64,000 nucleotides of DNA, from assembly GCA_964016885.1 (NCBI GenBank), contig OZ024742.1, positions 30,132,001 through 30,196,000 on the forward strand. Reading direction: 5' to 3'. The translations under genes and the position numbers were made by a program. The stretch is from Eledone cirrhosa (taxonomy: Eukaryota). Shown one piece after another: positions 53,811 through 64,000 of the stretch; the first letter of the stretch is position 1; each line of letters opens with the position of its first letter. Under the pieces are notes generated by a model. That model did not search any database. It saw only the letters and a list, made by a program, of their open reading frames with translations, and had not been told where the DNA came from.

Positions 53811-54055
53811 TGTGTGTGTGTATATATATATATGTGTGTGTATGTGTGCGTGAGCGTCTGTGTGTGTGTATAAGAGTATGTGTGTGTGTTTGTAAGAGTG
53901 TGCGTGTATAAGAGTGTGTGCGTATGTGTGTGTGTGTGAGCGTGTATATATGTGTATGTGTATGTGTGCGTGAGCGTCTATGTGTGTGTATGAGAGTGTA
54001 TGTGTGTGTGTCTGTATAAGTGTGTGTGTGTGTGTGTATAAGTGTGTGTGTGTAT

Positions 54056-54145
<90 letters not shown>

Positions 54146-54250
54146 GAGCCAGTATTTACTAAAACAAACTATGTTAAACGCAGCGTTGGAGGAAATAAAG
54201 AAGACATGTTAAAAAGGTGCAATGGTGTTGAAATATGGAGGAAATGTTAC

Positions 54251-54449
54251 TTTCCTGACGAGGTTTAATATTCTTGTTTGTCTGTCTAAGGTCTGTAATT
54301 GTTGAAGGAAAGGTATTTGTGGCATGTGAGGCAGTAAATAGACTAGTTTCTTCTCACTCAATAATCGTGTTGAGTAAGATATGTAAAGAACAGACTGATT
54401 GACATGAATATCAGTTGAACGAGACACAAACGTTGGTCTTATCAAATTA
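54251..54449 (-). CDS. Candidate internal coding exon of an unknown gene
   Basis: tatttcag acceptor, 199 nt open (NLIRPTFVSR...QTRILNLVRK), gaaa|gtaaca donor, in a unique island between microsatellites. Confidence 0.3.
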
Positions 54450-54623
54450 CTGAAATACCAGACAACTACCACGGACAGACAAACAGACAGACTAGACTAG
54501 AAGGGAGAGGGCTGTTTTCCTTTTTTTTCAGTCATTTCAGTCATCAGATGTGTGTGTATGTGTGTATGTGATGTGTATATATGTGTTTGCCTGTGTGTAC
54601 ATGTGTTTGTGTATGTATGTATG

Positions 54624-54672
<49 letters not shown>

Positions 54673-54696
54673 CTGTGTGCCTGTGTGTCTGTGTGC

Positions 54697-54773
<77 letters not shown>

Positions 54774-54819
54774 TGTGTGTGTGTGTGTGTGTATGTGTGC
54801 AGCAAAGAAGACGCTTCGT

Positions 54820-55240
54820 AGTATTTCTTCCGTCTCTCTGCACTCTCAGTTCAAACGCCACCCAGTTAACTTTGCCTTTCGTCCGTTTTTGTGGTTGATG
54901 AATAATTTATAGACGACGAATTGGCAGCCATTAAACGTCCGATAGAATACCTTGTGGTGTTTGTTCCAGCTGTCTGCTCTCTCAGCTCAAATCCCGCCCA
55001 GTTCAACTTTACCTTTCATCCTTTCGAGATCGATAAAAAAAAGTACCAGTCTAGTATTGGGGTCGTTCTATCGCTATATATCTTTCTCACACTTCCTCCC
55101 TGTCACTTTCTATCTTTCTCTGGGGGAAATCTGCTGTATTTAGACCTAGAGAGAGATGAGCTCTGTGGAATTTAAAATGCCCACGAAACGCCATACATCA
55201 ACACGGCACCTTTACTACTCCACGGGAGTTACGGGACCCC
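54820..55240 (+). mobile_element. Nin-domain SINE fragment plus a long-tail copy
   Basis: Core and tail match 58160-58485. Confidence 0.75.
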
Positions 55241-55714
55241 ATACCATGCCAAATAATTGAAGTTGACCTCGGTGAGATTTGAACTCAGATGAAAGTGAGT
55301 AGTAGCAATAGCTGGAGGTTTACCCTGCGATGGACTGGAGTCCTGTCCAGGGGAATGTCTTGTACTCTCAGTCGGGTTAAGCACTAGCTTGATGAGTCTC
55401 CGGACTCAAGACTGACTCTAGACATAGAAATTCCCAGAAGATGCGGGTCACCATCCCACATTGATTATATCCCTATTCTTTGTAGACATTATCTGTCGAT
55501 GGGTTAGGTCCTATGATCTGACTCACTAGTTTGTAGGCCGCTCGTTGATGTTTTGTATCGGCTGTCTGGCTACTTCTTTGACATCATCAGTGTATTGCAA
55601 ATAAAACCTCGGTCAAATGCGATATATAACCCCTCCCTACCAATTTCAAACTATTTTAGTAATGAATGCTAAAAACATGCGACTTTCCTGTATATATGCA
55701 TATATGTGTTGATA

Positions 55715-55960
55715 GGTGGTGGCCTAATGATTACAAAGTTGGGTTTGCAATCGTGAGGTTGTGAGTTCTATTCCCGGTCCGACCGATGCGTTATACCCTT
55801 GAACAAGACACTTTATTTCATGTTGCTCTTTCTGCCAGAAGTTGCAATCGGTAGATAGTATTAGCAATGGCAAGACCAATGGGACCAATGGAAACATTGT
55901 TTCTTTGGTCTGATTTGACCAGTGATTCCCCCCGCACCACTCGGTAAGCGAATGCTGTCT
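55715..55960 (+). mobile_element. tRNA-headed SINE, second family
   Basis: ggtggcctaatgatt...gtgagttctattcccgg...ccttgaacaagacactttatttca. Confidence 0.75.
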
Positions 55961-57371
55961 GGAATTTTGTTGATCGATTTCTATTGTATTCATTATGTAC
56001 TTATAAGTAACAGAACAGAATAAAAGGACCACAACTTGAGATGTGTAGCCACTACTCCTCAAAATCGTAAGCCCATATCAACTGAGTCACTTGATCCTTC
56101 CCTCAAAATCGTAAGCCCATTTCAACTGACTCAACTGTCCTTCCACTGAAATGTGTAGGCCATGCCAACTAGCTAACCCGACCCACGATCCTGAATATAG
56201 ATTGATAGAAAGATAGTGAAGAAAAACAATAGACGAAAGACGAAAGACGAAAATCAAATCTGAAGGTGATAAGTGAAGAAGTCTGAAAGTTCTCTGGCAA
56301 TAACTCATCTCCGAAATATAGATATGTCCTAGAAACTTCCATTGGGTTTGTTACGTTAGGAAGGTCTCATTAAAAGCCAAGTTGTTGTTGTCAGTTCCTT
56401 TTGGCAAGAATACTCAGCTATGTTAACAAAACATTAGATACAATGATTTCGACGTGTTCAACTGTACTTAATATTTTCCAGTTAACTGATCAGCACAAAC
56501 GTAGAGAAGTAAGCAACAATAAATGATATATACATACACCATTTATCTTAAAGATCTTCTCGCTCCAACATCGACTGCTTTCCAAGTTAATGTAGCATCG
56601 CTGCTGGAATTTAAGGAAATGTTTTCGGCAATGTCAAAATCACTCCAAGTAATTCTTAAAAAATTATCTTTAGTGATTTATTTTGGTTGCGATGTAAAAT
56701 TAAGAAAAATAACAACGAAGTAAATCTTCATTTTATAAGTATGAAGGATGAGTCGTTAAGTTAAAGGTTTATATCAAAATTTACTTAGCTCTAGCTAGAA
56801 AATAACAGCCTGTTTGTGTATATGTGTAAGTGAGTCTATGCGTGTGTTTGTGTGCGTGTGTTTGTGTGTTTGTGTGTGTTTGTGTATATGTATGAGTATG
56901 TGTGAGTATGTATGTCTGTCTCTATGTGTGTGTCAGTGTCTCTGTGTGTTTGTGTATATATGTGAGTGTGTGTCTGTCTCTGTGATTGTGTCTGTGTGAT
57001 TGTAAGAGTGTCTGTGTGTCTGTGTCTGTCTCTCTGTGTGTTTGTGTATATGTGTGAGTGTATGTGTCTGTGTCTCTTTCTCTGTGTGTGTCTGTGCATA
57101 TGTGTGAGTGTGTGTTTTTATGTCTGTCTCTGTATGTTTGTGTATATGTGTGTCTGTGATCCTGTGTGTGTCTGTGCATATGTGTGAGTGTATGTTTCTG
57201 TGTCAGTCTCTGTGTGTTTGTGATCCTGTGTGTGTCTGTGCATGTGTGTGAGTGCATGTGTGTGTGTGTGTTTCTATACATGTGTGGCTATAGGTGTTTG
57301 AATATGCATCTGTTCATCTCTGCACCTGTGTTATGTGTGTCTACATTTGTGTGGTTATGGGTCTTTGTGTG

Positions 57372-57430
<59 letters not shown>

Positions 57431-58159
57431 TTATGTATATATTTATGTATATATACGAGTCTGTGTGTCTATGCTGGTTGCATTATCAACCAATATGTAA
57501 AAAATTATCAAAGAAAAACAGTTTGTGTGGGTGCCACTGGCAACCTATAGCGCTGTGTGTTGTGTGACAGGGCAAAGGTCAGCTTTGCTGAAGCTAAATC
57601 TACAACATTCAGCCAACAAATGTGATTGGCAATGTCAGGACCCTTGATGTCATATAAACATCAATTGAAATAATCTAGTATATTTAGATAGTGGACGCAG
57701 CATAGTGAATGGTTAAGAAGTTTGTTTGGCAAGCATGAGGTCCTGAGTTCAATCCTGCTGTGTGATATCTTGGGTAAGTGTCATTTATTAGGAGAAACGT
57801 TGGTCTCAAATGTTTTTTTTTTGGGGGGGGGGGTTAATGAATCACGAGAAATTAGTATAGAACAGTGTGTGGGGGTATAAGTGGAAGGAGAAATAGATAG
57901 GGGGTGTAATAGTGTGGTGATAGAAGATAGGTATAGAGCAGTGTGTGGTATAAGTGAGAGGAGAAATATATAAGTGAGGATAGAAGAGCAGGTTTTAGAG
58001 ACAGTACGCAGTATATATAGTGATGGAAGCTGAATAAGTCCATGTGATTGTGTGTGATATGTATTTACTAAACTACTAAACACTGTGTGGCTTAGTAGTT
58101 AGAGTTGAATTCACAAGTTTTGTTTTTAAGAATCCGAAATATCGAGATCTAAGCAAGCG

Positions 58160-58485
58160 GTGAATTGTCAGAGTTGTTACAACGTCGGATAACATGCTTT
58201 GTGGCAATCGTTCTAGTTCCCTGCTCTCTGAGTTCCAATCCCACCGAGGTCAACTTTACCTTTCATCCTTTCGAGATCGAAAAAAGAACCAGTCATGTAC
58301 TGAGGTCGATTCTTCCTCTATATCTCTTTCTCACTACCTCTCTGTCACTCTCTATCCTTATCTGGAAGACATACGCTGTGTTCAGATCTGGAAAAGAGGT
58401 GGGTTCCGCCAGGTTTAAACAAAATGTCCAAGAAAAGCCGCATGTCACTACGACGCCCCTACGACTCCAAAGAAGTTATGGGACT
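58160..58485 (+). mobile_element. Nin-domain SINE, long-tail variant
   Basis: Core consensus plus tail. Confidence 0.8.
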
Positions 58486-58502
58486 ATACCATACATACAA
58501 AC

Positions 58503-59712
58503 AGGCTTTGGAAACCTTTCAAATGGAGTTATTTAACTTCATTTGAAGAGTAACTTTCAGGAGAACAACAAATAAATTTCAACAGAATTCAGAGAATAAT
58601 TTTAAAACTTTTCAACATATAAAGAACATTTTTGTTCAGTCGGACAAAACCCAAAATTTTCATGAAATTAACAGCGGCCCTGATATCAGAATTTTATCTA
58701 ATAATTCATTATTTTCAAAATAATTAATTAAAAAAATAAATAGATATTCAATATTGAATTCCATTAATTTAGCATCTGAACAAATCACTGCCGAGCTAGA
58801 AATCGATTACATGCTTCAATGTTTTGCTTTTCGTAGACTTTATATTACATTTAAGAACTACAAACAGAATTTTACTTATAGTCCATCTTGTAGGTTAATA
58901 ACTTCCACCAAACGATAGTTAGGTATAGCGAGTAAAAGTATCTTTGATGTTATTATTCTTAAAATTCAATGAACAGCCAATTTACCATTCTGGAATAACA
59001 GTATTTCTGTTATTAAATGGTTCAATAGTATTAGTAATAAGCATCTTTATAGAATTTTCCTAGGTTGATATCATTAAATTTTATTCTTCAATAACGAAAT
59101 CTTTGATCCAAAAAGCATTAGTTTTTGCCAAGAATTATATTTCAATCAGTGATTCTGGTACCAAAATAATCATGTATGCAAGAAAATCATTGCTATATTT
59201 TGATAACGATCTATGGATAGAAAAGAAAGATGCTAATTCTTTTGATCTAACGATGAGTGGACTATACACGGCAGAATCTTGTAAGCTTATTGGTTTTTAT
59301 ATTTTACATTTATTACACAATAAATCTAGTAATTTATAACGTGGTTTCTATAGAGATCATTATTACACGTAATATGTGGTAGATATCTAGCAGTTAGATA
59401 GCTTCAGAAAAATCGCTTTGAGTTATTAAAAAAGAAATACCCCTAACGATTGCTATTGATACAAACTTACACATTGTTAATTTCTTTGATTTCACCTTAA
59501 ATTTACATTGCAATCTATAGTACCATTTAGGGAGCAGAATAAAAACATTACCGTATATAAACATCGCTTCGAAATACTCAACTGTTCTTATTTATATTTT
59601 AGGGAAATACTTCAGTATATACAGTATTTCAGTAAATATATTTATCTTCAACAAATCAATCGCTTGTTAGTATGAACCACTTAAATACAGCGGTTTTAAG
59701 AATAGAATTAAT
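58503..59712 (+). pseudogene. Decayed Penelope-like reverse transcriptase
   Basis: Collinear motifs VQSDKT, YITFKNYKQNF..CRLI, WNNSISVIKWF, DIIKFYSSI, IIMYARKSLLY, FDLTMSG..AESCKLIG, GFYRDH (expected YRDD), VNFFDFTLNL; many stops and frameshifts. Confidence 0.9.
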
Positions 59713-59721
59713 TGCATTAAT

Positions 59722-60065
59722 AATTGTTTCTACTTTTGGCACAAGGCCAGCAATTATCCCAGTGCATTACTGGTACTTTATTTTATAGACCTCGTAATAG
59801 TGAAAGGCAAAGTTAACCTCGGCGGGATTTGAACTCAGAACGTAAAGGGCAATAACTCTGTGGTGTAAAGCATGGTGTCTGACGCTCTACCGATGCTGCC
59901 AATTCACAACCCTTAATTAATTGCATTAATAATAATAATTGTTTCTAATTTAGGCACAAGGCCAGTAATTTTGGGAGGATGGGGAAAGTCGATTAAAACG
60001 CCCCAGTACGTTACTGGTACTTTACTTTATAATTCAGAACGTAAAGGGACGTAACTCTATGTCGC
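59722..60065 (-). mobile_element. Two Nin-domain SINE copies
   Basis: Reverse complement of the consensus. Confidence 0.8.
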
Positions 60066-60110
60066 ATTGTAAAGGGACTTAAGGGAACATAACTCTCTTT
60101 CACATTGTAT

Positions 60111-60365
60111 CCTTGAGCAAGACACTTTATTTCACGTTGTTTCCTTGAGCAAGACACTTTATTTCACGTTGTTTCCTTGAGGAAGACACTTTACTTCACG
60201 TTGTGTCCTTGAGCAAGACACTTTATTTCACGTTGTGTCCTTGAGCAAGACACTTTATTTCCCGTTGTCTCCTTCAGCAAGACACTTTACTGCACGTTGT
60301 GTCCTTGAGCAAGACACTTTATTTCACGTTGTGTCCTTGAGCAAGACACTTTATCTCACGTTGCT
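60111..60365 (+). repeat. Eight 32-bp tandem copies of a SINE central domain
   Basis: ccttgagcaagacactttatttcacgttgtgt every 32 bp from 60111 to 60335; the SINE body continues to ~60570. Confidence 0.92.
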
Positions 60366-60569
60366 CCAGTTCACTGGGAAAAATGAGTTGATCCTGTAAC
60401 TCAAAGAGTCAGTCTTGTCATACGTTGTGTCACTCTGAATCTCCCTGAGAAGTCTGTCAAGTGTGCACGCGCTTGTGGAACGCTCAGCTACTTGCTTCCT
60501 AATTTCATAAGTAGGTACTTTCGTTGTTCGAGCAAGCGGAACATTCATCGTCGGAATCGACGGAAGTCC

Positions 60570-60617
<48 letters not shown>

Positions 60618-60784
60618 CACACACACACGAGGCTCCAATTTGTTGCTCTCGTGTAGTGGGTGGTGGAAACTGATCAATCGCTGAGATTTGATCTCGATCA
60701 GGGAACAACAAACTGAGACCAATTCATACACAAGAAAAGACACACACACACACAGACACACACACATATATATATATATATATT

Positions 60785-60846
<62 letters not shown>

Positions 60847-61032
60847 TCGAAACTGCCCAACACCATCTCAACGGCCGATGAACATGGAGTTCTGTCTCCT
60901 TCGTTTATATAATTATTTTTAAAAAGTAATATTTTAAGGTTTCGTCTTAAAAAATTGTTTTTCGTTTTGTTTTGTTTCCGTTCGCTTCGCTGTCTTGTCC
61001 TTTCTTTGTTAATTTTCTTAAGTTTATATACG

Positions 61033-61136
<104 letters not shown>

Positions 61137-61258
61137 AATATAGACATAGAATATTCGAAAATATTCTGTATGTTTATAATAAACATTTTGAAGACCTAAT
61201 CGCTATAGAATAGAATACGTCACGTATTACAATTAGATTCTCGATAAAAGCAAGGGAA

Positions 61259-61301
61259 GTAATCTACGCGTTTCATTCTCGTTAGAAATCATCAGGACTA
61301 C
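61259..61301 (-). ncRNA. Type I HHR (inverted copy)
   Basis: Reverse complement of the 61422 motif. Confidence 0.88.
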
Positions 61302-61421
61302 ATATCCAGTGCTTTTATCGAGAATGACACAGCTAGAGACTTATAGAATACTTAGCTGTGTACAGGAACTGGTATTCTATAAGTCTCTAGCTGTGTCATT
61401 CTCGATAAAAGCACTGGATAT

Positions 61422-61464
61422 GTAGTCCTGATGATTTCTAACGAGAATGAAACGCGTAGATTAC
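61422..61464 (+). ncRNA. Type I HHR (unit 1)
   Basis: GTAGTC-CTGATGA-t TTCT aacg AGAA t-GAAAC GC GTA-GATTAC. Confidence 0.88.
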
Positions 61465-61731
61465 TTCCCTTGCTTTTATCGAGAATCTAATTGTAATACG
61501 TGACGTATTCTATTCTATAGCGATTAGGTCTTCAAAATGTTTATTATAAACATACAGAATATTTTCGAATATTCTATGTCTATATTCACATATATATCGC
61601 TATTTCAGAGCATTTATTCCAATTTCTAATTTCTGCCGGACCGGCAACCGCTCTTTCAAACCAGTTCCTGTACACAGCTAAGTATTCTATAAGTCTCTAG
61701 CTGTGTCATTCTCGATAAAAGCACTGGATAT

Positions 61732-61774
61732 GTAGTCCTGATGATTTCTAACGAGAATGAAACGCGTAGATTAC
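61732..61774 (+). ncRNA. Type I HHR (unit 2)
   Basis: Identical to unit 1. Confidence 0.88.
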
Positions 61775-62041
61775 TTCCCTTGCTTTTATCGAGAATCTAA
61801 TTGTAATACGTGACGTATTCTATTCTATAGCGATTAGGTCTTCAAAATGTTTATTATAAACATACAGAATATTTTCGAATATTCTATGTCTATATTCACA
61901 TATATATCGCTATTTCAGAGCATTTATTCCAATTTCTAATTTCTGCCGGACCGGCAACCGCTCTTTCAAACCAGTTCCTGTACACAGCTAAGTATTCTAT
62001 AAGTCTCTAGCTGTGTCATTCTCGATAAAAGCACTGGATAT

Positions 62042-62084
62042 GTAGTCCTGATGATTTCTAACGAGAATGAAACGCGTAGATTAC
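62042..62084 (+). ncRNA. Type I HHR (unit 3)
   Basis: Identical to unit 1. Confidence 0.88.
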
Positions 62085-62256
62085 TTCCCTTGCTTTTATC
62101 GAGAATCTAATTGTAATACGTGACGTATTCTATTCTATAGCGATTAGGTCTTCAAAATGTTTATTATAAACATACAGAATATTTTCGAATATTCTATGTC
62201 TATATTCACATATATATCGCTATTTCAGAGCATTTATTCCAATATATATATATATA

Positions 62257-62313
<57 letters not shown>

Positions 62314-62430
62314 CGTAAAATAATGGTACTATGACATAACCTGTGTATTTGCTGGCATTGGCATGCATCTGCACGCGTATGTTGGTAGATATACTAAATT
62401 ATCTATATATATATATATATATATATATAT

Positions 62431-62979
62431 AGGAAAAAGTATGACCCCGACGGCAGAGCTCAAGCCGTTTCGACGGCTATTTCTGGACTAAATTAGAATT
62501 TTAGCCTGGTGCATAAATAGTCGAACTTGTCAAGGGGGTAATTCCTTATATGGGAAGATTGTAGTTGTCAAGAGGATTGGTTAAAATTTGTTGTAAACAC
62601 AAATAAGTCTATCATGGCATTTGGTGGGTGTAGGGGTGGCTGAACTTGCCTGTAGAACAATAGGGGAGTGAGTGGAGCGGTCAAGCGTTGAAAGAGATAT
62701 GTATACAACAGATTCTAAGGATAGTATATGAAATGGAGGAGGGAGGTTATAGAATAGGTAAATCGAATGAGAGTAGGAGACAATAAAAGATAATAGAAAA
62801 AAAATATATATATAGAATTAGATAGTGAGAAATGAATAAAAAAAATCACAATGCTTTCTTACAATTACAGGTTAATAAGTTGAGAATAGAAAAAACTTTT
62901 TCCTATTCTCACTCTACTACCCTAAGTATTGAGTACTCTGGTGCGTTATGGTCCATCTGGTTCCTTACCACAATTCCTT

Positions 62980-62985
<6 letters not shown>
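62431..62985 (+). mobile_element. Long family A copy with 5' inversion; complete HHR-like motif at 62444-62539 (-)
   Basis: Reverse complement: ACCCCC-TTGACAA-[gttcgactattt...aaatagccgtc]-GAAACGGC ttgagctct GCCGTC-GGGGT. Family 3' end at 62895-62985. Confidence 0.85.
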
Positions 62986-63053
<68 letters not shown>

Positions 63054-63476
63054 CCCCCTCTGTCATGTCAGTTAACTCTTCCTCACACTTCCACTCACCC
63101 ACTCACTGTTTCTCCTCTTCTCACTTCACCCCGTTCGCGACGAAAACATTTTCTCTCTTTCTCACATTTGAATTCGTTCCCGAAAGGTCTTTTTTCTAAG
63201 CGCTCATATATTCACCTAGCTTATGCTAACAGAATAACTATGAAGCTTGTTCCCTTCCTTCTACGGTTAGCTCTCCTCTTTGTTGTTATCTTGTCTCACT
63301 CGCTTTACGCGTTTTAATTGTCCTAATAACTTAATTTAGTTATTATTGCACCGACGTGAGGTATATGATTTTTAATGCAATGAAATATCTATGATCGTCG
63401 GCAAATCACTGATGAGGGACTTATTTTATTACACGTTATCCATGTGCAACCTGCAGTATTCTTCTCCCCATTTTTT

Positions 63477-63539
<63 letters not shown>

Positions 63540-63628
63540 ATAATAATAAATTTGAAGACTAAAATCCAAAGAGGGCTCGATAAGGATAAATATATATCAA
63601 ATATATAAGAACCGTAGAGCAAATATTT

Positions 63629-63811
<183 letters not shown>

Positions 63812-63875
63812 TATATATAAAATAATTAAGTCAAATATGTAAAATTTGGCTTCGTTTATTATAAGTTATAGATAT

Positions 63876-63930
63876 ACTGCAATATATATTTCGGTGACAG
63901 CCATCATTGGCTTTGACCTCTTCAGGCAGT
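63876..63930 (-). ncRNA. HHR, family C (second copy)
   Basis: Reverse complement: ACTGC-CTGAAGA-ggtcaaagccaatgatggctgtcacc-GAAA TATATA TT-GCAGT. Confidence 0.8.
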
Positions 63931-64000
63931 CCGAATTGGTGTGGTAGAGACAGGTACACATTTTGTTAAAGTGTGTTTTACTCCGTCAATACATCGATAT

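Noticed and set aside
60111-60365. CRISPR-like 32-bp periodicity
   Set aside because: Repeats are contiguous with no unique spacers, there are no cas genes, and the unit is part of a eukaryotic SINE.

Overview
Gene-poor, very repeat-rich eukaryotic DNA, most likely from an octopod cephalopod (inferred from the tRNA-derived and Nin-domain SINE families plus dense (TA)n/(CA)n/(GGT)n tracts). Almost every long ORF in the supplied track is a microsatellite artefact, and I cannot identify a host gene; only a few candidate exons are visible. Recognisable coding remnants are all retroelement-derived: a decayed Penelope-like (PLE) reverse transcriptase (58503-59712), a PLE GIY-YIG C-terminus (44103-44259), a 5'-inverted RTE-type LINE end (37376-37741) and an R4/Dong-like RT fragment. 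The main signal, found by eye, is about 20 type I hammerhead ribozyme (HHR) motifs, some canonical and some degenerate, from more than 10 unrelated short sequence families. Most sit in small elements next to or inside (TA)n tracts, and many are fold-back palindromes or partial tandems. Two cases stand out: a near-identical 310-bp HHR tandem array with an inverted 5' copy (61127-62242, retrozyme-like, predicted 310-nt circular RNA), and a six-copy family whose palindromes are centred on the ribozyme's own stem II. All folds and homologies were judged manually and none was computed.
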